Source: Trypanosoma brucei
Lineage: Eukaryota
NCBI GenBank assembly: GCA_000002445.1
Contig: CP000071.1
Coordinates: forward strand, 768,001-832,000
DNA: 64,000 nt
Reading direction: 5' to 3'
Positions 1 through 10,810 of the stretch are shown here, piece after piece. How positions within the stretch are numbered: the stretch's first letter is position 1; each line of letters opens with the position of its first letter. The notes beneath the pieces are model-generated. The model was not told the DNA's origin and made no database searches. It worked only from the letters and a program-made list of their open reading frames with translations. The translations under genes were made by a program, and so were the position numbers.

Positions 1-1
1 T

Positions 2-2026
2 GCTCGCGGATACACCTCTAGTGGTAAGTCAGTGGATGCATCTGAAATGACTAAGTGGTTCAACACCAACTACCACTACATCGTGCCGGAGTTTACGTGC
101 CCTACACAAACCTTCAGTTTCGCTTGGAATCAGCTGATTGAAGAGGTGGAAGAACTGCTAAGTTTATGGGGGCCTTCAAGAACGAAACCCGTTATTTTGG
201 GCCCCGTTAGTTACGTGTGGTTGGGGAAAGTAAAAGGTTGTGAGTGGTTTGATCGCCGGTCCCTTCTACCTCGCATTGTGCCGGTATACGCGGAGGTGTT
301 GAGGAAACTTGCCAAGAGCGGGATTCAGTGGGTGCAGTTGGATGAACCCGCGCTAGTGTTGGACCTGGAGCAAGATTGGCTGGATGCATTTGAGGCCACA
401 TACAAGGAACTGCGCCGACAAGCCGGTAATGTGCCAAAATTGCTGTTGACAACCTATTTCGATAGCGTCGGTCATAACATGGACGTTATTAACTGCTTAG
501 CGGTGGACGGGCTGCATGTGGATGCCGTTGCGGGTGATGACGATCTCGTAGAGGTGGAAAAGAGGTTGCCCGCCTCATGGGTGCTTTCCGCTGGTGTTAT
601 TGATGGTCGCAATGTGTGGAAAGCAAACCTTCATCAAATCTACGAGAGGTTGGCAGCCCTTCGTAACGCGGCACCGGCGCGTGCGCTATGGATTGGGACA
701 TCTTGCTCCCTTCTGCACTCCCCAATTGACGTAGGCTGTGAAGTGGGGATGGACGAAGAAATAAGGAACTTACTGGCGTTTGCTCTGCAGAAATGTGATG
801 AGATGAACCTTCTTGCTGACGCTCTAAAAACAGAGGAAGGAGGAAGCCATTTGGTGGAGTACAGTTCACTCCTGCACCAACGGGAGGTACCCGGCGGTGC
901 GATAAATGAGGAGGCACGAAAGCTTGCATCGGAGCTGAACGCCAAAGATACCGAACGGTCGCTTCCCTACTCAAAACGTGTTGAAGTGCAGCGAAGCTTA
1001 ATAAAGCTTCCATTGATTCCGACAACTACGATTGGCTCTTTTCCACGCACATCCGAGATACGCAGCCAGCGTTTGTCATTCAAAACCGGTCTAGTTGATG
1101 AAGCGACATACAAGCAGCAGATGAAAGATAACATTAAACACATAGTGGCTGAGCAAGAGGCGATCGGCCTGGATGTATTAGTTCATGGTGAACCGGAGCG
1201 CAATGACATGGTTGAATATTTCGCGGAACTCCTGAGTGGCTTTGTTTCTACGGCGAATGGCTGGATTCAAAGTTACGGCTCTCGGTGCGTAAAGCCACCC
1301 ATCATATACGGTAACGTGAGTCGACCTACTGCAATGACACTGGAGTGGCTGACGTACGCACAGTCTCTCACACAAAAGCCAGTGAAGGGCATATTAACGG
1401 GTCCAGTAACGATCCTTAGCTGGTCGTTTGTCCGAGAAGACCTGCCAAGAAGGGAAGTTGCACGTCAGGTTGCACTGGCATTACGTGAAGAAGTTGATGA
1501 CCTTCAGAATGCGGGTATACGTCTGATCCAAGTGGATGAGCCCGCTCTGCGTGAAGGACTGCCGTTACAAAGAAGAAAGCAGCAGGAGTACCTAAAGTGG
1601 GCCACTGAGGTGTTTAAGCTTGTTGTGGCGGTCGCACGACCGGAAATACAAATACACACTCATATTTGCTACAGTGAAATACACGATATTGCTGGGGCCA
1701 TCGCGGCAATGGATGCCGATGTTATTTACTTTGAGGCCACGCGCTCCGACATGGAACTACTGAGGGTATTTGATTCTTTCACATACCTCAACGGAGTGGG
1801 GCTCGGTGTGTATGACGTCCACAGTCCAAATGTTCCCAGTGTGGAGACGATTGTGCAGCGACTGGAAGCATCTGCTGAGCGGATTCCACTCGAGCGGTTG
1901 TGGGTAAATCCTGACTGTGGACTGAAAACACGCGGGTGGAAGGAGACGGGGGTAGCGTTACGTAACATGGTGGAAGCGACTAGGCAGTTCCGTGAACGAG
2001 TGAAGCGGCACTTTACTGTGCACTAG
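2..2026 (+). CDS. 5-methyltetrahydropteroyltriglutamate--homocysteine S-methyltransferase (cobalamin-independent methionine synthase, MetE family); 5'-truncated by window edge
   Basis: The reading frame is open from nt 2 with no upstream stop, and position 32 is a GTG, not a true start. The EMTKWFNTNYHY(I)VPEF motif corresponds to about residue 110 of bacterial MetE. The C-terminal catalytic domain carries GVYDVHSPNVPS and IQIHTHICYSE (His/Cys zinc ligands) and DCGLKTR. The protein runs to a TAG stop at 2024-2026. Confidence 0.9.
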   Translation, partial: ARGYTSSGKSVDASEMTKWFNTNYHYIVPEFTCPTQTFSFAWNQLIEEVEELLSLWGPSRTKPVILGPVSYVWLGKVKGCEWFDRRSLLPRIVPVYAEVLRKLAKSGIQWVQLDEPALVLDLEQDWLDAFEATYKELRRQAGNVPKLLLTTYFDSVGHNMDVINCLAVDGLHVDAVAGDDDLVEVEKRLPASWVLSAGVIDGRNVWKANLHQIYERLAALRNAAPARALWIGTSCSLLHSPIDVGCEVGMDEEIRNLLAFALQKCDEMNLLADALKTEEGGSHLVEYSSLLHQREVPGGAINEEARKLASELNAKDTERSLPYSKRVEVQRSLIKLPLIPTTTIGSFPRTSEIRSQRLSFKTGLVDEATYKQQMKDNIKHIVAEQEAIGLDVLVHGEPERNDMVEYFAELLSGFVSTANGWIQSYGSRCVKPPIIYGNVSRPTAMTLEWLTYAQSLTQKPVKGILTGPVTILSWSFVREDLPRREVARQVALALREEVDDLQNAGIRLIQVDEPALREGLPLQRRKQQEYLKWATEVFKLVVAVARPEIQIHTHICYSEIHDIAGAIAAMDADVIYFEATRSDMELLRVFDSFTYLNGVGLGVYDVHSPNVPSVETIVQRLEASAERIPLERLWVNPDCGLKTRGWKETGVALRNMVEATRQFRERVKRHFTVH

Positions 2027-2276
2027 CGTTTAAGGTAACTGTGCGGTCAACCACGCCGACACTTAAAGGAATATCCGCGCTGCTTCGTGTCGTTCATGTT
2101 TCGCCACAGCAGATGACTTTAGACCGGCATCAATATCCATGGAAGTGCAAAATTGGAGTCACAAGCCCTTCTTGGGAACCTACAATTGCCAACAGCGGCA
2201 CCCCGTCGACAAACCATTACTTGCCGGCCCCGTTAACTAATGGAAAAAAGCTCTGCTAGACGAAGTCGTTAAAACC

Positions 2277-2304
2277 TTTTTTTTTTTCCTTCCCCCCCCC
2301 CCCC
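2277..2304. repeat. Homopolymer pair: T11 followed by a C13 tract
   Basis: tttttttttttccttccccccccccccc in the MetE 3' flank. Confidence 0.85.
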
Positions 2305-2767
2305 ACGACCTTCTCTTCGTGTGATGCCTTGTATGGTTTGCGAAACGCATTCTCGTAGTGCGTATGCGGGCTCAATGATATTAAGATAAACCTGTGTCCC
2401 ATAACGGCCAAATTCCTTAAATTTGTTAACTAGTGTGTGGTGGCCTCAAGAGCTATGCGATGTATCGTGAAGAGTAGCGAAATGGAGACTCACTCCGGAA
2501 GTATTGTGAAACTGTGCGAAGCCGTTAGTTGTCGTCTGTTCATCAATGTTTCGATCTGGAGTTTAGTAATATGGAATTCATGAGGTGTGGTGGGGAACAT
2601 GAAAGGGGGGAGAGTAATCTAGGCGGCACCGATACTCTACCCAGTGTATATTATTTCTCATATCCGTCTTTGTTACCCCGCGAAATTCACACTAACCCTC
2701 CATCACTCACTCTCCGTGATTAATCTCCTTCGTGTTAGACATTGTTATTGTGATTGCTATCGCTGGC

Positions 2768-2835
2768 ATCTCCCTTACAAACTCTCACTTGCTTTCCTCC
2801 GTCGCCATTTTTTCTTGCATTTTTTTTTTTGCATA
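2768..2835 (+). promoter_or_regulatory. Polypyrimidine tract with downstream AG dinucleotides (putative trans-splice acceptor region) upstream of the 2953 ORF
   Basis: ctcccttacaaactctcacttgctttcctccgtcgccattttttcttgcatttttttttttgcatag. In kinetoplastids the spliced-leader is added at an AG downstream of such tracts. Confidence 0.4.
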
Positions 2836-2952
2836 GCGTGTTGTGCATTGCTGCGTGTACAGGCACCGGTAGCACCAAAGTCCAAATTGGACCTGAAACG
2901 CATAACGCATCCGGATTTATATACATATTAACTCATTTTAAATTTTTAGAAA

Positions 2953-5457
2953 ATGGCTCACCCGGTGCCACCGGTTAACCCATATGACCCGCGGGATCTT
3001 CAATCCAAGGCGCTGCAGCGTTGGGAGGAACAGCAGCGGGTGTGGGCTAATATGGAAAAAAATATCAGGCGTCGTGTGCCTGGAAAAGGCCGGGCGGCGC
3101 AACTTGGTGGAAGGAATATGGAGTTTGCGATGTACAAGAAGCGGTTAAACATTGAAAAGCAGTTTCTTCTAGAAGGCGCAGTACCACCACCGGAGTTGGG
3201 GGGTCATAATTTGTGGGAAAGCACATTACGCATACATCCTGGGGAAAATGCAGTGCGATATGTTCGGATGGACAAGACGGAATACCCATATCCATTGTAC
3301 TGTAAAGTGGCGGATAACAGACGAAATGATGCGGATAATCAGACAAACATGCGCATTGTGCATCCGAAAGAAAGACAGCTAGGTGTCGTGAAGGAGCAGC
3401 CACAGCAGCCGAAATCAAAGGATGAATCAATTTCCATTATATTTCCCGGTAAAGAGTACTACAGCAAGCAGGTGGCAAGGAATATATCAGCGATTGAACG
3501 GCAGATGCCTCACTTTCTTGTGCCAAGAGCATACTTAGAAGTTTGTGGAAAGCCGCCACCGTGGACCTTTAATACCGAAGAAGCTGCAGCAGCCAAGAAG
3601 CGTGCCCCGCCCGTTGCTTACCACCCACCTCCGGCTAGCCCCTCCGTAACTGTGTCCCGCACATTCTCACAACAGTGTGGTAGTCAAAAAAAATGTTCAT
3701 CCCTCGGTGAAGATGACGCAGCCACGGCAGTGACACGGCCCGATGTCAATAGTTGCACCGTTGACGTCACCGAGGAAGCCGTGGGTGGTCCCTCCCTCGT
3801 CATATCCACAACCCGCATTTTATTTTTTGCGGAGCCCGGAGAGCTTTCCCATGGCTCAGTGAAAATCAAAAACAACGGCACTACGACCGTTTACTACACA
3901 TGGGCTCCTATTCAGCCAGTCACAGAGTTGGATGACGCCATTACTGGGAATGAGACTAGAGATGAAGAGAGCGGCGGGGACGACGGGGAAATTTCTGGAA
4001 CTAAAAACGAGCGCTCGCAAACTGAATCCGATGAAGGAGGAGCCACATCTGCCAGAACGAGCTGTGATACTGTGCAAGTGACAGCGGTCCCGCAATGGCG
4101 AAGTAAAGAGAGAGGGGAAGAAAGAGGCATTCGCGTGGACGGTGAGGCCGTGGAGCAGCAAACACCACGCGGAGAGGCAAAATTGTCGCTTCGTGCGCTA
4201 GCAACAAAATCCAAAGAGTCAAAAACCTTCTTTTACCTCTCTGCTCCCCTAGACGGCGTCATACTTCCGGATGATGAAATCATTTTTCCTTTCTCCGTTA
4301 GGGCTGCCTTCGCTGGACGCTTCACGCGTCACTATGAGCTTCTTATGTTTCCTACTATGTCGCGACCCCTCGTCGTGGAACTATGTGCGTTTATCCGTTC
4401 TCCCCTGCCCACGTTGAATGCACTGTCGGACCCTGTCGGCGAGGCCTTCGACGCGAGAGAAGGAGTAAACATGCAACGTCAACTGCTTAACACTTTGGTT
4501 GCGAGGGAAAGTATGTACGACGCGTCAGAGATTGCTAAGGCGACCAAGGCGTGTATAGCTGCTTCACAGGCGGAAGAAGAGGCGAGAGAGGCAGAAATAA
4601 CCAGGTGGCGGCTGGCTTGGAATGACTCGACGTACATGGCACTGCGCGTGCCGTTCAACCGAGACATTTACCAACGGTTGAATGCGATGTACGGAAACAT
4701 TATGCGGACGATGGATGAGTGCGGGAGACCATTGCAACACAGAGAATGGAATGGTTCTGTCCAGACTCTTCAGACGAAAATCTGCGGAGTTCGCGATGCT
4801 GTGTGTAGGAATACCTTGCGTGAAGCTTTTAATTGCCTCTTACGCGCTTCAGTGGTTTGCGAGCAGGAGCGCGAACCTCTTGGCCTTTTGCTTCGTCGGG
4901 CTGCGGGAGTTACCGCCTTTTCAGTACTCGCTCACCGTGTCGAACAACTGGATGACTCCATCAGTTATGCACTTGGCATCCGATCGCGTCCAGTGCCCTT
5001 ACAGTCCACTGTCCTGCCAGTGATAGCCATGAATCAGAAGTCAATCAACAACACCAACAACCAAGGTGCTTTATCTGGGCGGGCTAACGCACGGCAGGGA
5101 AGCAGGGCAAGAAGCGGCTTTACCATACAAGACAATAGTGCCGTGCTTTCAGTGCTCACAGAAGAGCAAGGAAATGAAGCGGAAGCTGCCTCGCAAGAAG
5201 CTGCCATTGAACCCTCCGTACAGGAAGAGTACAGAGCGCGTTTGTTCACTGGAATGCGACGACTTGTTGGGGATGCAGTGGAGCAGCTCTGTGCCATATT
5301 AGACGCCTCCCGCAACTCCATCGAGGCGGCATGCGACCTTCCTCTCATGGGTATTACCGTTTGCACGCGAGCACAAGATGTACGCATCATTCAATGCGCC
5401 GAAGATTTGGAAGTGGATACGGCTGTCGAGGCTATTGTGCCGAAGAAGAGGAAGTAG
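2953..5457 (+). CDS. Conserved hypothetical protein (834 aa) with a possible MSP/ASH-like beta-sandwich segment and a central acidic/Ser-rich disordered region
   Basis: Long ATG-initiated ORF on the coding strand of the unit with a polypyrimidine tract upstream. The segment SLVISTTRILFFAEPGELSHGSVKIKNNGTTTVYYTWAP, and a second FFYLSAPLDGVILPDDEIIFPFSVRAAF, have the alternating hydrophobic pattern of MSP/ASH Ig-like domains. I cannot name a family. Confidence 0.7.
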   Translation: MAHPVPPVNPYDPRDLQSKALQRWEEQQRVWANMEKNIRRRVPGKGRAAQLGGRNMEFAMYKKRLNIEKQFLLEGAVPPPELGGHNLWESTLRIHPGENAVRYVRMDKTEYPYPLYCKVADNRRNDADNQTNMRIVHPKERQLGVVKEQPQQPKSKDESISIIFPGKEYYSKQVARNISAIERQMPHFLVPRAYLEVCGKPPPWTFNTEEAAAAKKRAPPVAYHPPPASPSVTVSRTFSQQCGSQKKCSSLGEDDAATAVTRPDVNSCTVDVTEEAVGGPSLVISTTRILFFAEPGELSHGSVKIKNNGTTTVYYTWAPIQPVTELDDAITGNETRDEESGGDDGEISGTKNERSQTESDEGGATSARTSCDTVQVTAVPQWRSKERGEERGIRVDGEAVEQQTPRGEAKLSLRALATKSKESKTFFYLSAPLDGVILPDDEIIFPFSVRAAFAGRFTRHYELLMFPTMSRPLVVELCAFIRSPLPTLNALSDPVGEAFDAREGVNMQRQLLNTLVARESMYDASEIAKATKACIAASQAEEEAREAEITRWRLAWNDSTYMALRVPFNRDIYQRLNAMYGNIMRTMDECGRPLQHREWNGSVQTLQTKICGVRDAVCRNTLREAFNCLLRASVVCEQEREPLGLLLRRAAGVTAFSVLAHRVEQLDDSISYALGIRSRPVPLQSTVLPVIAMNQKSINNTNNQGALSGRANARQGSRARSGFTIQDNSAVLSVLTEEQGNEAEAASQEAAIEPSVQEEYRARLFTGMRRLVGDAVEQLCAILDASRNSIEAACDLPLMGITVCTRAQDVRIIQCAEDLEVDTAVEAIVPKKRK

Positions 5458-6155
5458 CAAACAACCATATGTGTAAGGGAAAAAGAAAGTTATACAGTTG
5501 TGTGGCGTGGTGCGCGCGAGAGGATAAAGAAATGATGTTACGGAAAGTGAAACTGATAGCATGGTCCGCTTCAAGTCATGATACAATGAGATGCATCGTA
5601 ACGAGTGCTATCGCGGATGTAAAGGTGTGTCGCTGTCACTTGATGGAAGTGAGCCAGCAAAGAAGAGAGTAAAGGTAGAAAAGACGTCGGTGAGGGGGGA
5701 AAAAAAAAAGAAGAGGAATACATATGTCATATGAATTCAATCAAAGAGAGGGAGTGTAAAACACTTCCGCTACTGGGAAGAGACGAGAAACAAAATAAAG
5801 AAAATCTAAAAAAAATAAAGAAGACAATGCTGGAAAGGTAGTGTTGTTTTGTCAGTTCATTAAAGACACAACTCCGTCCACTCTTATGATTGCGTGGCGA
5901 GGAATGAAGTGAAATGTGCTGAAATATCCGGCAAATAAAAAAGTTAAAAGCCGCTGGTACCATGGTGGATGTATGACAATAGACAAAAGAAAACAGAGTT
6001 CATAACGTACGGTGAGCTGGCCAACGCTGTTTTGACATTTTGACGGGAATATCCCTTTTGTTGAACATATGCAGACCCTCCATTTCCTCTTTCATCCTTG
6101 TCTTTTGTTAACCTCTTCCAACATACTTACACGACATACCTTTGTGTGAAAAAAA

Positions 6156-6174
6156 TAATTAATTAATTAATTAA
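6156..6174. repeat. (AATT)n microsatellite
   Basis: aattaattaattaattaa. Confidence 0.8.
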
Positions 6175-6363
6175 ACAAAACGGAAAGTTTGTCAAGGGGT
6201 GAGTGAAGTGAGTAAGCAGAGAAACGAAAGGGGAAATATATAAAAGAAGAAAATTAGGAAGCTCTGTATCCTTTCAAAAGAGGTCACTACAAGAGCTAAA
6301 CCACTTTTTTAGATAAAATAACTAGAAGAACACATTTAGGTAGAGCAGACCATTTACACAGTC

Positions 6364-8616
6364 ATGCGGACAAATGAAGAAAGAGATGATAAGGGAGGGT
6401 TCATTGCGGAGCCAAAGCTGCTAGCGGGTCCCGCACAAAAAAAAGGTGCCCCATCCCCCGCAAAGAAGCGGGCAACGAGTCCTTTCAAGACAGTACCCAA
6501 CCACCTTAACCCTAACAAACAGCATGGTGACTCAATGAACGGGCACAACACTTCAATGGAGAACGCGGACGAAAACTCAGCGGCATTCCGCTCGCGGGCA
6601 ACGGAGATTATGAGGTTCAGAGTGTATGCCCGAGTCCGTCCTTTTATCCCTGAAGAGCTTGCGGATATGGAAGGACAGGAGCGGCGGTCTGTTGTGGAAA
6701 TGACGGAAAACAAAACAGTCATATTAGACCCTAAGGATGGATGGGCACCTAAGGCACAATTCGAATTCGATGCCAGTCTGTGGTCCATCCCCCCTGAGCA
6801 TCGTATCGTGCATACTTTTAATGACACAAGACACAGCACCTACGCTACGCAAAGAAATGTGTATGATGTCATTGCTAAGGACCTTGTGCCCCATGTGTTT
6901 GACGGATTCAACAGTTGTGTCCTCACGTACGGATTGACAGGAAGTGGTAAAACGTACACAATGATGGGCAAATACGACCCGAGAGCTACATGTGGTGGGG
7001 ATGGGGAGGAAGGCATCATTCCACGTGTATCGAATGATCTATTTACCATCCTTGATAAAAAGAGAAAGGAAGAAGAAAAGCCAAACATTCGCTTCCGCAT
7101 TGAAGTTACTTTCGTGGAGATTTATATGGAGCGTGTACGTGACCTCCTCGACCCTGCGCTTAAGAACTCCAAAGGAAGTGAGAAGTTGCAGGACGCCCGT
7201 ATTCGTCAGGATCCCTACAGTGGACCCTTCGTGGAGGGTGTAACGAAGTATCAGGCTGAGAACTGGGCTCAGTGTTGTTTACTGCTAGAGCGCGGCTCAA
7301 CACATCGTACCACATGTGCAACTGCGGTTCACAACCAGTCTAGCCGCAGTCACGCTATTTTCCAACTGACGGTAATTCAGGAAGAAACGATCCCTGCAAA
7401 GGACCGCTACTCACGCCCGACAGTTCGCTGCCAGGCGGGTCGCATTAACCTTGTCGATCTTGCTGGTTCTGAGCGTGGTGGTTTTCAGGATTATGTGAAG
7501 GAGTCAGCGGCTATTAACACTTCCCTGTTGGCGCTGCGTCGAGTTATTGACAACCTCACGGAGCGGCAGAACGTGTTGATGGAACAAGCAAAGGCTGAAG
7601 TGACAGGCGGTTACTTCCAGGAGCGTACTTTGCCCCAGGTGCCCTTTCGAGATAGTGTTCTCACGTGGCTACTGAGCGACAGTATTGGTGGGAATGCTCG
7701 TACAACAATGGTGGCTACGTTGAGCCCGCTTGCAAAGAACTATGGCGACACGCTTGCAACGCTTCAGTGGAGTAGTAAGGCGCGTAACCTTGTGACGCTG
7801 GTAAAGGTGAATGATGCCCAAACAACAGTAACAGACGGTATGACAAGTAAGGCTGGTGAGCTTCACAATGCTGTGCGCATTCAACGACAAAACATGGACA
7901 CACTCCTTGAGTCGCTAAGGTCGAAACAAGCCATCGCTGAGAACTTGGAGAAGGAAATGGGTAGCATGACACGTCAGATGACGTCAATCGATACGGAAAC
8001 GAACAAAATGATCCGGAAGCGGCAGGCGGTTACAGTGCAGCGAACCCTGTTGCGCAAAGTCTGGGCGAAGCAAATAAAAACATTGGAAGAGCGCCTCCAA
8101 GCATCACAGAAACGGTTGGCTCAGAAAAACGCTACGGTGGCGAACTCAAACCGGCAACGTGATGATGCGCTGGAAAGGGAAAACGCAGTGAAGCGAAAAC
8201 TACAAAACTTGAAGGCAAGAGAAGAGGAGCTGCATAAACTAGTCGCAAAGAACGATGCCACGGATGAGGCCTTTCGGGAGGAACTTGCGAGTGCGGAACT
8301 AAGATACCAAACGGAAATGGAAGCTGCGGGTGCAGATAATGTTGTGAGCAGGCTCACCGAGTCCATAGAGAACAGGACCCGAATGGAGCGAAGAAAGCTT
8401 GACGATTTAAGGGAGAAAGTGAAGGCGGCAGAGCGGAAGGCGATATCTATGGAAGCAAAAGTAAATGAAAGTAAGCAAGAGGAGTGGAAGGAGCAGGTGA
8501 GGCGTGATGGAGAGGAAGTGGTACAACTTCGGAGCAAATTAGGTGAGTTGCAGGCACGTTGGGATGCCGTTCGAGAGGAAAACGACAGTCTGAAGGCGAT
8601 GGTGAAGAGAAAGTAG
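6364..8616 (+). CDS. Kinesin-like protein with an N-terminal motor domain and C-terminal coiled coil
   Basis: P-loop GLTGSGKTYTM; switch I NQSSRSHAIFQL; switch II VDLAGSER; start of the motor RVYARVRPF. The C-terminal 250 aa are heptad-rich (EEL..KL..K). Confidence 0.9.
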   Translation: MRTNEERDDKGGFIAEPKLLAGPAQKKGAPSPAKKRATSPFKTVPNHLNPNKQHGDSMNGHNTSMENADENSAAFRSRATEIMRFRVYARVRPFIPEELADMEGQERRSVVEMTENKTVILDPKDGWAPKAQFEFDASLWSIPPEHRIVHTFNDTRHSTYATQRNVYDVIAKDLVPHVFDGFNSCVLTYGLTGSGKTYTMMGKYDPRATCGGDGEEGIIPRVSNDLFTILDKKRKEEEKPNIRFRIEVTFVEIYMERVRDLLDPALKNSKGSEKLQDARIRQDPYSGPFVEGVTKYQAENWAQCCLLLERGSTHRTTCATAVHNQSSRSHAIFQLTVIQEETIPAKDRYSRPTVRCQAGRINLVDLAGSERGGFQDYVKESAAINTSLLALRRVIDNLTERQNVLMEQAKAEVTGGYFQERTLPQVPFRDSVLTWLLSDSIGGNARTTMVATLSPLAKNYGDTLATLQWSSKARNLVTLVKVNDAQTTVTDGMTSKAGELHNAVRIQRQNMDTLLESLRSKQAIAENLEKEMGSMTRQMTSIDTETNKMIRKRQAVTVQRTLLRKVWAKQIKTLEERLQASQKRLAQKNATVANSNRQRDDALERENAVKRKLQNLKAREEELHKLVAKNDATDEAFREELASAELRYQTEMEAAGADNVVSRLTESIENRTRMERRKLDDLREKVKAAERKAISMEAKVNESKQEEWKEQVRRDGEEVVQLRSKLGELQARWDAVREENDSLKAMVKRK

Positions 8617-8806
8617 TGGGCATATGCATGAAACACTGGAGGTGCAAGGACAAAAAAAAAGGAAGGAAAAAAGAAAAAAAATAGAAAAGGAAAAGGAAAA
8701 GGAATACTTATGGTGGAGTTGCCACAAATGATACAAACATCTATCGGCGGACACGTGACAAAGAGGAAAGGTGTATGCACTATGGAGTATTCGGAAGGGG
8801 AAATGC

Positions 8807-8853
8807 GTATATATATGTATATATGTATATATATATATATATATACATACATA
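8807..8853. repeat. TA-rich microsatellite: (TA)n interrupted by TG/CA
   Basis: gtatatatatgtatatatgtatatatatatatatatatatacatacatac. Confidence 0.85.
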
Positions 8854-9576
8854 CGCGTTCAGAGGGAAAGAATGAAAAAGATAGGGAGAAGTGCTTGAGC
8901 ACCAGTCATGTCGGCTACGAAAGTGGAGAGTTGAGGAAAAAAAAAAGAAAAAGGTCCCAGGGCTTTTGGAGAGGGGCCAACAATAAAAGAGGGTAGAACG
9001 TAGGGAACAGGCGGGTGCCGCGCTCAGAACGAAGCTGCAAGTAGAAATACTTGAAAAAGAAAAGATGAAAGCGAGGGAGAGAAAGAGGGGAGGTTAACGA
9101 GAAAAAAAAAGATACATTCGTGGAGGAAGGAAAGGAAAAACGCTGAAACCACGACATGAGATATCTCTCAGGTGTAAAGAAGGGAGGGGGGAATGGGAGT
9201 GCACTGCTTCCGGTTTCTCTTCTCTTTTTTATTTTTCTCCCTCCTTCTCTTATTCCTTCTTAAACGGGCCCGCCACCTGTGCATTTACTGCTTTAACATT
9301 CATTTATTCCTCACCTCCGTGGGCGCGTTTCGCGTGATGGGCACATCAAACATGAGGGCACGGCTTCTTTTTTTTTTTTTTTTGATTCTGTTATTATTAT
9401 TGTTATTTGGCTATGATAGACGATTACTTTCTGCTGATACACATCCCTTCTATTTTTCCTTATTCCTCCTGATTCCTCCCCTTTCTGCCCGCATGCATAT
9501 GCATGTGCTTGTAAGCGTGACCAAAGGTAATGTGAGGCGAAGTCCTGTTGTACATTTTTATATGTAGATAAACAAT

Positions 9577-9598
9577 TATATATATATATATATATATA
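9577..9598. repeat. (TA)11 microsatellite
   Basis: tatatatatatatatatatata followed by cgcacacacatcc. Confidence 0.85.
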
Positions 9599-9963
9599 CG
9601 CACACACATCCGTTGTAAACACATAGAATGAGTTCGAAACGACAGGAAAAAAGAGAATAAAAGGAAAGCTCGTGTAAACAAGTGCGCATGGATGAGTGTG
9701 AATGTGGCCTATCGTCTCTTCGTTTATTTTATTTTATTTTCTTCACTTATTATGATTCAAACCTTCTCTTATATCAAGCGGCAAGAAGGTATGATAATAT
9801 TCCGTTCTTTCGCATTTCCCCCACTTCGAGGATCGTCCCCGTATATCCTCTCAATTTCCTTTTGTTTTCTTTGTGTGGTCATTCAATTCATTTCGTTCAT
9901 ATTTTTTTTATTTTTCGCATGGACCAGCACGTGTGGTGAAGAGCGCTTTTCGAAGTGTTTCTT

Positions 9964-9988
9964 TGTGTGTGTGTGTGTGTGTGTGTGT
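9964..9988. repeat. (TG)12 microsatellite
   Basis: tgtgtgtgtgtgtgtgtgtgtgtgt. Confidence 0.9.
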
Positions 9989-10385
9989 ATTTCGCACCGT
10001 GACGACCAGCGGAAGGTTTGAATGAATGAATGGAAGGATCAACTGAAAAAGATAATGATGATGATAATAATTATTATAATATATATATATATAGGGAAAC
10101 AAGTAACGGAAACGTGCGTGAAGGGAAAGGGAAAGGATATTCTTTTTTTTAAAAAAAAAGATAGCAGTAATGTTGATATGAAGAAGAAGACAAAGAAAAA
10201 AATAGAATGAAGGAAATGGAAAGATATGCCCACTCTAACGCGTGTTTCTGAGGTGTTGGAACTACACGCGCGCGGACAAAATAAAAGAGAGGTAATGATC
10301 CACAACGAAGGAATATTAGTAGTGAAAAGTTATTACCACCACTGTAGTTCGTACATCAACACAAAGCGGCTTAGCATGTATTGCA

Positions 10386-10392
<7 letters not shown>

Positions 10393-10424
<32 letters not shown>
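10393..10424. repeat. (AT)16 microsatellite
   Basis: atatatatatatatatatatatatatatatat. Confidence 0.9.
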
Positions 10425-10427
<3 letters not shown>

Positions 10428-10729
10428 ACTGTGGTTAAGGCTGTTTCTACCATAATTCCCCTTTCCTCCTTTCTCTATTCCACACAGAGTCGCCCTCGGT
10501 TGCAGGTGTTAGGTGTTGATGTTGATGATACTGTTGCTGATGTTTATCACCCTCGGCATGTCATCTCCTTTGGCGTTATTATTTTTTTTTCTATAGTTTG
10601 CAGTGTGTCGGCTCACTTTTGTAACTTTGACTATGAGTTTTCTGCCGCTTCACAAGCACATGTCCATTATTATTGTTATTATTATTTCCCTCCTCATTTC
10701 CTTAACTCATTTTTTGGCTGTTTTCACTG

Positions 10730-10810
10730 TTGGTTCTGGTTTGTCCCTTTTTTTTTTTCTTCTCTCTCTCTCTCTTTCGCTCGCTCGATTTTTTTGGGGG
10801 GGGTGGTGGT
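10730..10810 (+). promoter_or_regulatory. Long polypyrimidine tract including (TC)9, a putative trans-splicing signal region for the 11218 gene
   Basis: gttggttctggtttgtcccttttttttttcttctctctctctctctttcgctcgctcgatttttttgg, followed by AG dinucleotides before the ATG at 11218. Confidence 0.4.

Noticed and set aside
8121-8852. 243-aa minus-strand ORF overlapping the kinesin 3' end and downstream repeats
   Set aside because: The translation is poly-Phe/Ser/Ile low-complexity, driven by purine-rich and (TA)n sequence on the opposite strand. It is antisense to the polycistron and overlaps the well-supported kinesin C-terminus. It is an artefact of base composition.
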